A stretch of DNA of 51,275 nt, filler included, from Sphacelaria rigidula (taxonomy: Eukaryota): NCBI GenBank assembly GCA_964200075.2. It is 3 parts of 3 records of this genome, joined end to end, with 100 filler letters (N's around TTAATTAATTAA, not from the genome) between each part and the next. Parts side by side here need not be neighbours in the genome. Positions count along the whole stretch, not along the records: positions 17,130 to 34,154 come from CAXNAA020001184.1; positions 34,255 to 51,275 come from CAXNAA020001185.1; 1 more part is not named here. One strand, 5' to 3'. Shown one piece after another: positions 25,141 to 35,031 of this stretch. Both the position numbers and the translations under genes were made by a program. Position 1 is the stretch's first letter, and each line of letters starts with the position of its first letter. The notes under the pieces are model-generated. The model ran no database searches, was not told where the DNA came from, and was given only the letters and a program-made list of their open reading frames with translations.

Positions 25141-25330
25141 ATGCGTGGGGGAACCGCGTGCTTTTTGAACCACATCGGAATTTGAACACCTCTAGATCGA
25201 CGTATTTCGAGACTGCTCGGGCTAGTCCCTGCAGGAACCGCGCCCCCGACCCTGACCCTGACCCTAACCCTAACCGTGGGGGTGTTCAAACTCCGATGCG
25301 GTCCAAGAAGCATGCGGTCCTCCCACGCAT
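25141..25330. mobile_element. MITE with about 50-bp TIRs carrying telomere-like (CCCTGA/CCCTAA)n
   Basis: ATGCGTGGGGGAACCGCGTGCTTTTTGAACCACATCGGAATTTGAACACC at 25141-25190 and its imperfect reverse complement at 25281-25330. Internal GACCCTGACCCTGACCCTAACCCTAACC. Confidence 0.8.
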
Positions 25331-25676
25331 ACTCTGTAATGTACAGCTCACTGCACAGGATGTAGATGATCTGAAGCGGAGAAAGCTGGTGCGCCTGTCA
25401 TTGACGGCAGGTGTTTGTTCTAATGAAGAATGGTGCCGATAGTTTTACCTTACTTAGTTGCTGCCATTTTAGCATGTAGTATCTGCTTTTCATACATGTC
25501 TATTATTTCAAACGTTTAACGTTTGCCTTTGGAAATCACATTCCGGCACCAGCGCGACCCCGTCGCACAGTGATGCTACCTACCCCACGTACGATCTGGT
25601 CTCGTCGATGATCAAAAACATCAAGTGATTTCACATGTACCGAAAGATGTAGACCGACGTTCAGAACAAATGGGAC

Positions 25677-25677
25677 G

Positions 25678-25746
<69 letters not shown>
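25677..25746 (+). repeat. (ACA)n microsatellite
   Basis: Directly visible. Confidence 0.95.
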
Positions 25747-25932
25747 GATAATGATAATAATGATGATCGACTGAGCCGGCATTGTAGTTTATCGCAACTG
25801 AAGATACACATTGTACTGGTCATATGATGGAGTTCGATAGTGCAGCTTACATGGAGTACATTACAGTATCGCAGCAATAATGATCGCCAATACTGCGCGC
25901 ATGTGATGACCCACAAGTTCACAAGATAAGGT

Positions 25933-26118
25933 ATGGAGTCAAAGTACGACGATGACGACGAAGAAAAGAGCGGGGGGGTTGAGGACGACTCGGCGAGCAG
26001 GAGCGGCAGGCGTCGTGTGCGGCGGGAGAGGAAAAGCGAAGATTCTGACTGCAGCAAGCACGAGGCCAAAACAAGAAGCGACGGAGACGATTATCAGTAC
26101 GCCACAACTGACGCAGAG
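25933..26118 (+). CDS. Probable first exon of an unknown gene, divergent from CHMP7
   Basis: ATG, charged low-complexity peptide MESKYDDDDEEKSGG...YATTDAE, strong donor GAG|GTACGC. Tentative phase-compatible next exons are 26607-26653 and 27937-28025. No recognisable domain. Confidence 0.5.
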
Positions 26119-26827
26119 GTACGCTTCACAGCCAAAGCGGTCCACTCTTGCCCTCCCATGTTTCATAATCGGAGATCGTTCACATGAAAACAATAGCATG
26201 GCGGTGCAGCTGAGTCTGACAGAAAAACTACAACTAATAACTGCCAGTTAAACTTCGGAATCGTATACTCTGGAGCGTGAATCCTTCTTGGACACTACAC
26301 TCTTGGTCCTGAGAAATGGTCCTCGTGGATGATGTCTAGGGGACCGAAGACACGGAACTACTGTAGAAACGTCAAGGAACATGCTCTCCACAGAAAGAGT
26401 CAGAATAAATGGAATAGTTACAGTAATTCGAGAACGAGACACAGATACATTGGAAAATTCATGTGCATGGGCATCAAATCATTAGTGTTCAGTATACGGC
26501 TAAACCCAACGCCTGACTCGGGTAGGACTGCGTCGAACCTCCCAGGATCGTCCCCATCCGCCGCGTGCTCACATCTCGTTCGTACATGGCCCTTTTCAAA
26601 TATTAGCTACTGCGCACAAAACTCTTCACCACAGACAGCTGGCAGGAAGGAAGGTACACGTAAGAAATCTATTGTAAGCGACCAGCCGATAGAAAGGTAC
26701 TCGGAACACAGCTTTCTTTGCGAGAATCAGACAAACGTATTTTGCACCAAGTTTTTATGTAAATATATGTTGTTAAATCGATGAACAAAATACACCGCGA
26801 CGAGGGAGCGCCTGGCTCGTGCGGGAC

Positions 26828-27669
26828 AGTAGAGATCCCTGTATAGTGCGGTTCATATAGTGCGGGTGCCCGGTTTAGTGCAGGTGAAATCGCTTGGCAC
26901 AGACAGAACACGCTATAGAGCGGGTCCCGCACAAAAGGGGGGTACTGCCATATAGTGTGGGTGTGCACCCTCCGAACACCACCATAATAGGGTGGGTCCC
27001 AAGGCTGGAGAGGCGGTCAAACCACGCAAAATCTCAAGATTTTTACCCCTTGATTATTTTCCTTACTGCGCGTGTTTTCCTTGGATGTAGTGTTCAATTC
27101 AGTTTCTGTTTTGTTCCATCGTGAGCACACCTTCTTTCGCGTCGTCTGCGCGATGCTCCATTGTGTGTTTGTGCGTGTGTTTCTTTTGTTTGCTTGTGAC
27201 CGCGGGTTAGATTTTTGCGAAGACGAACGATGCGAGGAACACACACTGAAAGAAAAAATGTTTTGGAGTGTTTAATACGTGCGGACAGTTGTCTGCCTCT
27301 GTGTGTGTTGCAGGATTCGGTTTTGTGCCTGCATCCGCAAAGGCCATACGCGAATGAGTAGATTGCCGTATATACCTGTCACATGCATCTTCACTGCTCA
27401 CCCACGAAGAAGAGGCAATGTTTATCAATGTGCACCGTTCCCCCATCACCCGTACCGCTGTTCTAGGGCAAAAGAGCCATGAAATACCCACCATGAACTC
27501 GCCGAAAACGTGAATAGTGCGGGACCCGCAGTATATAGGTCATCTCGATACCTGAATAGTGCGGGTCGGGACCCGCACTATTCACGGCCAAATCTATATA
27601 GTGTGGTTGCCCGGTTTAGCGCCGGTGAAATCGCATGCCCCATACCCGCACTATACAGGGACGTCTACT
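26828..27669. mobile_element. TIR non-autonomous element with subterminal ATAGTGCGGG(T/A)CCCGCA repeats
   Basis: Left AGTAGAGATCCCTGTATAGTGCGG; right CCGCACTATACAGGGACGTCTACT. TGCCCGGTTTAG.GC.GGTGAAATCGC occurs near both ends. Confidence 0.7.
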
Positions 27670-29021
27670 TTATCGCAAAGTAACCTCCCGATAGTATCGT
27701 CCTACCGGCCGCGTATTCACCTTTTGAATGTATGTGAATGTTGAAGGCACAAACCACTATCGTTTATGAAAATGTTGGCGCCGAAGCTGAACCCTTTTGG
27801 AACCGTTGATGAAAAAAAGACCATTTACATTCGAAGTTTTCTTGGGCAAGATGTGGTTGTTTTCTGCAAGTGTTACTGTTGATGCAGCCCACCGAAACGG
27901 TACACTACTCTAAGTTCAAGTATACTAATGTGACAGATTCGTGCACCGAACTCGAAGTGACCTTTTCCCGGTGACGAAAGATCGCATACGGGAGTTTGCA
28001 CTGTTTTCCGCGAGTTCCAAGAGGGGTAAATTTCAAGATGAGAAGTGTATCAAACTTGCGAGTGCACATGGCTGTCTAGTCATCGTGTACGTGGGATGTG
28101 GGTCTTCGGTAGAGCTAGCCACAGACGTGGCCCCATAGAGAGAACCACGTTGGCAAGAGGCCCGAAGAGTAAGATACGGGTAACAGAAGACCACGGGTAT
28201 TAACCCTTTCACGTTTGGAACTCGCAAACGACCAACCCTGGGGTACTCTGGCTGGGCGTTAGTAGACGATGTTCACTGAAAAACAAATCAACTAAGCACT
28301 CAAACACTAGCATATAGCCAGATCGGCTCATATCCAGTACGTAGTATATCTCCCCCGTCCCACAGTAGGTGAAGATGCTGGCGCTGGATAAAGACAGTAC
28401 TCATATTCTATTCCATTTTTGTTGATATCCGGAGCCATTCATGGTTGAAGGTCGGCCCCCAGGATGTCACTGTGATCCCGCTAGTCCACCGCGTGCACGA
28501 GGAGTACATGAAAGCGCAAGTCGTACAAAATACGGGACTTTGGCGCATGTTTTGATGAAACAGCTCAAAAGCAGTGTGGTTTTTCATGATTGTCTGAGGC
28601 ACCCAACAACCCATCAAGTTGGAAGTTGGGTCGTGCTTCATCCAAATCGTGTTGGTTGAGCGGCCAGACGTACTCTGAAACTGAATTCGATTCATGTGTA
28701 GACACTATGTTGCTAGGCTCGAGGCAGACTGTACATTGCTCTCGATAGATTGGGACGGTTTGACCGTGAGTCAGAAAAATCGGACTGATGTAGTATATTG
28801 AGCGAGTGAGACGGCTCAGTTCTGGACTTACCTGGAGGCCGCGCCGCACCCTATGGAAAGGGTGTCTTATGGGAAAAGGTCTGTCTGCGGAAAGAGTCAT
28901 CTTTGTACATTAGATCATTCTTGTTGTGAGTAATGCTGCTGCTTGCGGAGGCCTTGGTATAATGGTACTCTCATGATGTTTTTGGCTAATGTGTCAAATG
29001 TTTCTGTTCGGCCCCGAAATA

Positions 29022-29087
29022 GGGGGGGCGTACTCATTTGTTGCTTGCCTTAGTCATTTGACCATTGACCACGCATCCCTTTCGAGA
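29022..29087 (-). mobile_element. G-tract-associated repeat, short family S, running into a 10-N gap
   Basis: Plus strand GGGGGGGCGTACTCATTTGTTGCTTGCCTTAGTCATTTGACCATTGACCACGCATCCCTTTCGAGA. Confidence 0.8.
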
Positions 29088-29479
29088 NNNNNNNNNNTTC
29101 CGTAGCTCATTACGTTTCTTCCATACATTACACAAGAAACTCTTACATATCTTATCCCCGTCCTGTTTCTAGGGGGAGAGCTGAGAGATATATCGCTCCT
29201 CGATAAAATACGCATTTTACCATCGGAGGCGTCAAAATTAGGGAATCTCGCACCACTGCTTCAATGTGCTTCTTGTATCACTAACTTTTTCCGCCGCTAG
29301 CCCACGCGGTGGCCTTAGCGGATTGCAGTGGATTTGGGGGGTCGATCCCCCCGAACGAGAAATATTTCCAAAACTCTTTCAGAGAAACATCGAAAATGAC
29401 CACTATTTGACACAACCTAAACACCTTCAAAAATTAGACCGGGATGGTACCACCCCCTTCTGCTGGCCTAGGAAAAATT

Positions 29480-30290
29480 GGCGGCTTAAAGTGCTTGCGA
29501 GGTGGGCCAGCCTAGGAGCGGATCTGGAGGTTGCAGGCCCGTTCTCAACTCAATTTTGACAGTTGGACTTTCATATTTGGTGTGGAGAATCGCTAGGGCA
29601 TAATACAAAAGTAATTTTTGGCCACTAGGATTGCTTTTGTGAGTTGAGGGCAAAAAACAATATCCACCTCCCACTGAAACATCCGTCAGTCACGAAAACC
29701 CCCATCAAAACCCCCCATACTACCCTTCTTATTCTACCCTAGCGATTCTTCATGCCAAATTTGAAAGCCCAACTCTCAAAATTGAGGTGAGAATCACCGA
29801 TTTAGATCCTGGGCTGGTCGACATTCGGAAGAGTATTTTGCAGGCCATTTACCAGCCCCGTTTGGTACTTGTGCTTCAATTTTTTTTGCGAAGAATCGCT
29901 AGAGCATAATACAAAAATTAGGTGGGACATGGTGATTGTAGTGAGGAGTTGGGGGCGTTGTAATGCAGTAAGGACCATTGTTTCAAGAGAGCGTCCTCAC
30001 CCCACAAAAAATGAATGAAGACTCACTTTGTTTTAGGGCATTACAAATCCCGATGTCGTGAAATTTTGTTTTTTATTTTGCCCCTTCTACACTCTTCACC
30101 GAATTTCAAAGCACAACTCTCAAAATGAAGACACAACAAGCAGGTTTAGTACACTTAGTGCCTCTGTTTGTAATATATCGAGTTTAACATGCTATCTCAT
30201 GTACGCCATATCTCTTGACAGACAAGATAGTTGGTGAAGGCGAGGGTATCGATCGTTTCCCCGTGCTCCAGGGCATGTTTACACCAAAAA
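29480..30290. repeat. Palindromic modular repeat, homologous (inverted) to 44430-45670
   Basis: Shared blocks such as GCCTAGGAGCGGATCTGGAGGTTGCAG, TCGACATTCGGAAGAGTATTTTGCAGGCCA and ATCTCATGTACGCCATATCTC...GATCGTTTCCCCGTG. Internal palindrome at about 29541-29795. Confidence 0.75.
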
Positions 30291-30389
30291 TTATCACCAT
30301 CCGCCGTACAGATCATTCGGAGTTTCATGCGGGCTTTAGTATAGACCCTAACTCCGTACGGTATAGGAACTTCTCGGCATGGCGTTCAA

Positions 30390-32900
30390 TCAACGAGAAA
30401 AATTGTTCAGGCTTTTGAGCAAATGGGTATCGTGCCCCTGATTACACGATCACTACGATGTGTGGATCACGGCCCAATTCTTCTGTGTCGACGAGATGTG
30501 GCTGTGGGAGCATAAACCCTTTCTTAGGCTAGCGCAGCTCGTAGCAAGCCATTCTCCATCTGTCACCACCTCCAACTAATGGGGGACGGACACCCCTAAA
30601 CGGTACGGAACATACTCTACCTTGAGTATAATCCTCCTGCGATAAGTCCTGTGCCCCAAATCCTCAGGCATAAGGTTGACACACGGTACACCATCTAGTA
30701 GTAACACGAGATTGTACAGATTACGGATGGAGTATCCTCTGAGGATGAGCAAGGCCACATATGACGGCCGAAGAGTGCATTTGCATTCGTCTCCAAAAAT
30801 GGTTTGATGCTTATCGAGGCCCCCACTAGAGTTTGGGGACGTGTGCGGCATCTCAAAGTCGGCGTCCCGGGTTCCCAGTATGATATTTGGCGATTCCTTG
30901 CCCAATTCACATTTGATGATATTCCGGAAACACGTGGAGTTGTCTCAAACTCGATTCCTGATTTGTGTAGAGACCAAAGCATTTAAGGATTTGGTCTCTT
31001 GCCACTGTTGTTTCTCGTGTTGGACATACGAAGACCGGAACGTATTATTCTCACTCGAAAAATGAATGTGAGACGCACAACATCTCATCTTACTCTCTAT
31101 GGGCTGTAAGGCCCACCCCCTGACTCGACGATCGCAGAGTGTCTTGTCCCAGCATCACCTTGACCGAAACGGATGTCAGGACAGCAAGATCGTTCACCGC
31201 AATGTGCGTTGCCGGAGTGTTACCTGTTACACCTGGCAGCCGGATCTGACCGGCCTGTTGCTCACCACTGAAGCCTTCCCCCGTGCCTCCTCCGTGGTCA
31301 GCAATGCTCAGCACTGTTCTACTAGTCTCTCATGGGTTGGGTATGCCTTGTGTGCTATGAGGCAACAAGAAAACTTCAGTCATGCGCCAATACCAAGAGC
31401 ATATGGCGCGGGAACCAACGTCATTCCATGGACAAGTCAATCGTGGGGGGCAATGGGGGAAAGGGGCGCGACCGTAGAGTATGGTAAGAGCGTCCGTGGA
31501 CTAGTACGAGGTATCGCAGATGATGGTGTGTTGCATTTTTCTGGTGGTGCTTGTCGTGTAGTACGGTTCTTGAGTCTACTCGGACTCATGGTCGAAATCT
31601 CGATAAGCACCAAAACGCTTTTTTGATCAAGACTGCAAACACGCTGCTCGAACGTCATGTGTGGTCTTGCTCACCCTCGAAAATAATATATCCGCAATTA
31701 GTAAAATCCGTTGTTAAGTGAATCGCTGTATAGCTCGCCCTTTGATGCCGGCGTGTATTTGCAGCAAAGTCTTCTCTAAAGTTCCAAGGTTCCCTTAGAA
31801 TTCTTGTGTGTTTGGCGGGCATGCACAAATGTTTGCGCCATCCACATCTGCTCGTCGGAGTTTGTTTTTACGTTGTGGAACAACACCCAAGTTTACGAGA
31901 ATAAGAAGTTCCCATATAGGCTTGAAGTTGAGTTCGACTCAAGATATAATATAACAGGAGCTTCCGTCGGCTGATTTCAATTCGAAACAATATAAGCATT
32001 TTGATATACTGTTAGTTGAATATGAAAACATTGTAGAGGGGTTTCACATCAACGTTAAGATTCTGGCTTATTCGACGGACATCCATGGATAAACACGGGG
32101 TGCTAAAATTGAGAACGAAAGTCTGTATGGGACCCACCTGAGATGAAGTTGTACATGGTATTGCAGCTGGTACCGGGTCAAACGTACCTCGGAACTGTCC
32201 AAAGGAACGTTTAATCCGGTACCAGCTGCATTTTTTTTTCAAACTTACGCTTGTCCAGGTACCACATGCAACACCACATACAATCTCGAACTATGTTAAC
32301 CTTTTGAACCCACAGGCTAGGTCACCAGGGTTACGGAGTACCGGTTCCAGTGAAAAAGATGGCAATTTAATATATGACGAACCCTGGCGATCAAACGGTT
32401 AACCTCCTTAGCGCCGGGGGCGTCCATTTATGAAACCGGCATTCTTTTCAAGTCGCTTCGAATGATGCTGCTTGCATCAATGGACGCCTCCGCCGCGAAA
32501 GGGGTTAAACGTTTGACCGCCAGGGTTCATTATCTGTTGAATCGGCATCCCTTCCACTTCAAAGGCAACTGTGTGACCCCGATGACCTACCCTGGCGGTC
32601 GAGGGGTTAATGCGGGATCTTACTAACTGCGTATATATTATTTTCGAGAGCGAACAAGACCACACATGACGTCCGAGCAGCGTGTTTGCAGTATCTTTTA
32701 AAAAAGCGCTTTGGTGCTTATCGAGATTTCGACCATGAGTCCGAGTAGACTCAAGAACCGTACTACACGACAAGCACCACCAGAAAAGTGCAACACACCA
32801 TCATCTGGGATACCTCGTACTAGTTCACGGACGCTCTTACCATACTTTACGGTCGCGCCCCTTTCCCCCATTGCCCCTCCACGATTGACATGTCCATGGA
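30390..32900. pseudogene. Highly decayed DDE transposase relics, possibly piggyBac/IS4-like
   Basis: Frameshifted peptides WITAQFFCVDEMW (about 30460-30502), SMIFGDS (about 30877-30897) and paralogous HTII(C/W)DTSY*.TDALTILYGR (31470-31530 minus, 32793-32855 plus) resemble the first and second catalytic-Asp motifs. RPHMT.E..C....K.F.AYR is shared by both paralogues. Family call is by eye only. Confidence 0.35.
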
Positions 32901-33429
32901 ATGACGTTGGTTCCCGCGCCATATGCTCTTGGTGTTGGCGCATGACTGAAGTTTGCTTGTTATCTCATAGCACACAAGGCAAACCCAACCCATTTGAGAC
33001 TAGTGGAACAGCGCTGAGCATCGCTAAGCACGGAGGAGGCACGGGGGAAGGCTCCGGTGGTGAACAACAGGCCGGTCAGATCCGGCTACCAGGTGTAACA
33101 GGGAGCACTCTAGCAACGTACATTGCGGTGAACAATGGTGCTGTCCTGACATCCGTTTCGGTCAAGGTGATGCTGGGACAAGGCACTCTGCGATCGTCGG
33201 GTCAGGAGGGGGGGCGCACTCATTTGTTGCTTGCCTTAGCCGTGTGACCATTGACCATGCATCCCTTTCGAGACGGAGCAGACGGGGGGGGGGGGGGGGC
33301 GTCGTCGAGTCGGGGGATGGGTCTTACAACACACCCCACGTAGAGAGTACGACGGGATTTCGTGCGTCTCACATCCATTTTTCGAGTGAAAATAGCACTT
33401 TCCGGTCTTCGTTTGTCGAACGGGAGAGA
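31011..33429. repeat. Long inverted repeat: arms 31011-31710 and 32613-33429, spacer about 900 bp
   Basis: The arms align throughout, e.g. mirrored ORFs ...LIEISTMSPSRLKNRTTRQAPPEKCNTPSS... at 31437..31658(-) and 32711..33247(+). The right arm has an extra insertion. Confidence 0.9.
33207..33301 (-). mobile_element. G-tract-associated repeat, short family S, with about 13-bp TSD
   Basis: Flanked by TCGTCGGGTCAGG (33194-33206) and TCGTCGAGTCGGG (33302-33314). The paralogous left arm has a single TCGTCGAGTCAGG and no insert. Confidence 0.85.
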
Positions 33430-33441
33430 ATCATCTTACCA

Positions 33442-33988
33442 TGGGGGTGGGGGGTGTACTTATCATGATCTTGCGTACCATAGCCACATGATGATGGACC
33501 TCGCATTCCTACAAAGCCGGGATGGAGCACGCCGGGGTTTCGCCGGACTAGTGTCGCACTAAATCACCAAGCGCAAAGTGCCGTGATGTGTTCGGCAAGT
33601 CGCATGAAGGGTGAGTTGCATCCTGCTACAGTAAGGTTGTTCGGCCCGAAGAGTACTGATGATCTTGCATTTGGATGGCAGCCTACAATGAGTTGCTTCA
33701 TTTTCTGGTATCGCGACTTCCAGAGACAGCCGCAGTTGATACACTGCCTCATGGGTGTCTCACCATTTGAACACTACGTATTATGATCACTCCCTTTGCG
33801 CGAAATTGAGGTTCTCCCACCCCGTATAATATGATCTGACTCGACCATCATCACGGTTACTGCAAAAAAACGCAAGCGCCCAGAAAAAAATGGTAACCTG
33901 GTTGCCTAGCTTACACAGTGAGTGCCGTGTTTTACAGCGTCATCGCCAAGTGACCCCAACCCCATAGGGGGTCGTAGGGGGTGGGGGC
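33442..33988 (-). mobile_element. G-tract-associated repeat, long family L, about 540 bp
   Basis: Aligns with 9110-9413 and 49510-50045; GGGGGTGGGGG is present on both flanks (candidate TSD). Confidence 0.8.
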
Positions 33989-34118
33989 GGGTTGTTACCG
34001 GTAACTAACACTCCTTCACGTTGCTTGAAACCGTCGTCGCCCGAAGATAAGTGCACCGCGAGCGTGTTAGGACGCGCCCGACACACCTGTGAGCGTTTTC
34101 TCGTGGAAGCAACCCCAC

Positions 34119-34154
<36 letters not shown>

Positions 34155-34254
34155 NNNNNNNNNNNNNNNNNNNNNNNNNNNNNNNNNNNNNNNNNNNNTT
34201 AATTAATTAANNNNNNNNNNNNNNNNNNNNNNNNNNNNNNNNNNNNNNNNNNNN
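34155..34254. other. Artificial contig linker N44-TTAATTAATTAA-N44
   Basis: Identical to 17030-17129. Confidence 0.97.
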
Positions 34255-34869
34255 CCCCCCCCCCCCCCCCTCCAGGTGCCATATCCCGTAGTCCCAACGA
34301 GGCAAGGAGCTGCGGGTTAGATAAAACGACATGAATGATAGAATGGAGTTATACTGAATTTTCTAATCCCATTCCAGAATCGTAAACCTCGGATTCAGAC
34401 ATATAAAACAAACCCCTGCGAACCACTTCGCGCACGCAACCAACCCTTCACAAAAGCTGCGAGAAGGCAAGGCGAGTCAGCTCATGCCCTACATGAATTA
34501 CAGACGATCGTTTCCCTCAACATGCGAGAAAAAAAAATGTACAGTTAAGTGTGTAACTCAAAAACAAAAAATATCGAGATGGTCGCCCCGCAAAGCTCCA
34601 CGAATCCAAAGCGTATCACAATATGTGAGCATATGCGCCAACCTCGCGTTCCCTTCAGAGGGGAGCGGGTATCAGGTACGTACATACTGTGTGTTTTGTG
34701 GACCAACGTGCCACCTCAGTACCTACTCCACTACGAAAAGTGCAATAATTGAACTTTGCGATTCCGACCGTATGCTTTTTTCCCCCCTCGTCAAGCGTTG
34801 TTCAGCAGCCAAAAGGATGCGATCGTTTTTTTTTTTTCCTACTTTTGTGATTGCAAAACGATATCATGC

Positions 34870-35031
34870 CTGTATGCTCTCGCGAAGGGAATCCTCGACG
34901 GAGAGCAGCTCGCCGTTGGACAGGATCCAGTTGAGAGCGGCTTCGATGTCATCGCCCGTTTCCGCCAGCGCTCGCTCGCACCAGTGCACGGGGAATCCCA
35001 TCTCAGCCATGTGTGCCGTGAGCGGGTTTAT
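34870..35031 (-). CDS. HERC-like exon (UBA domain)
   Basis: GCAAAG|; MGF motif and AALNWIL. Ends at CAG|GCATGA, either a GC donor or a stop at 34864. Confidence 0.8.
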
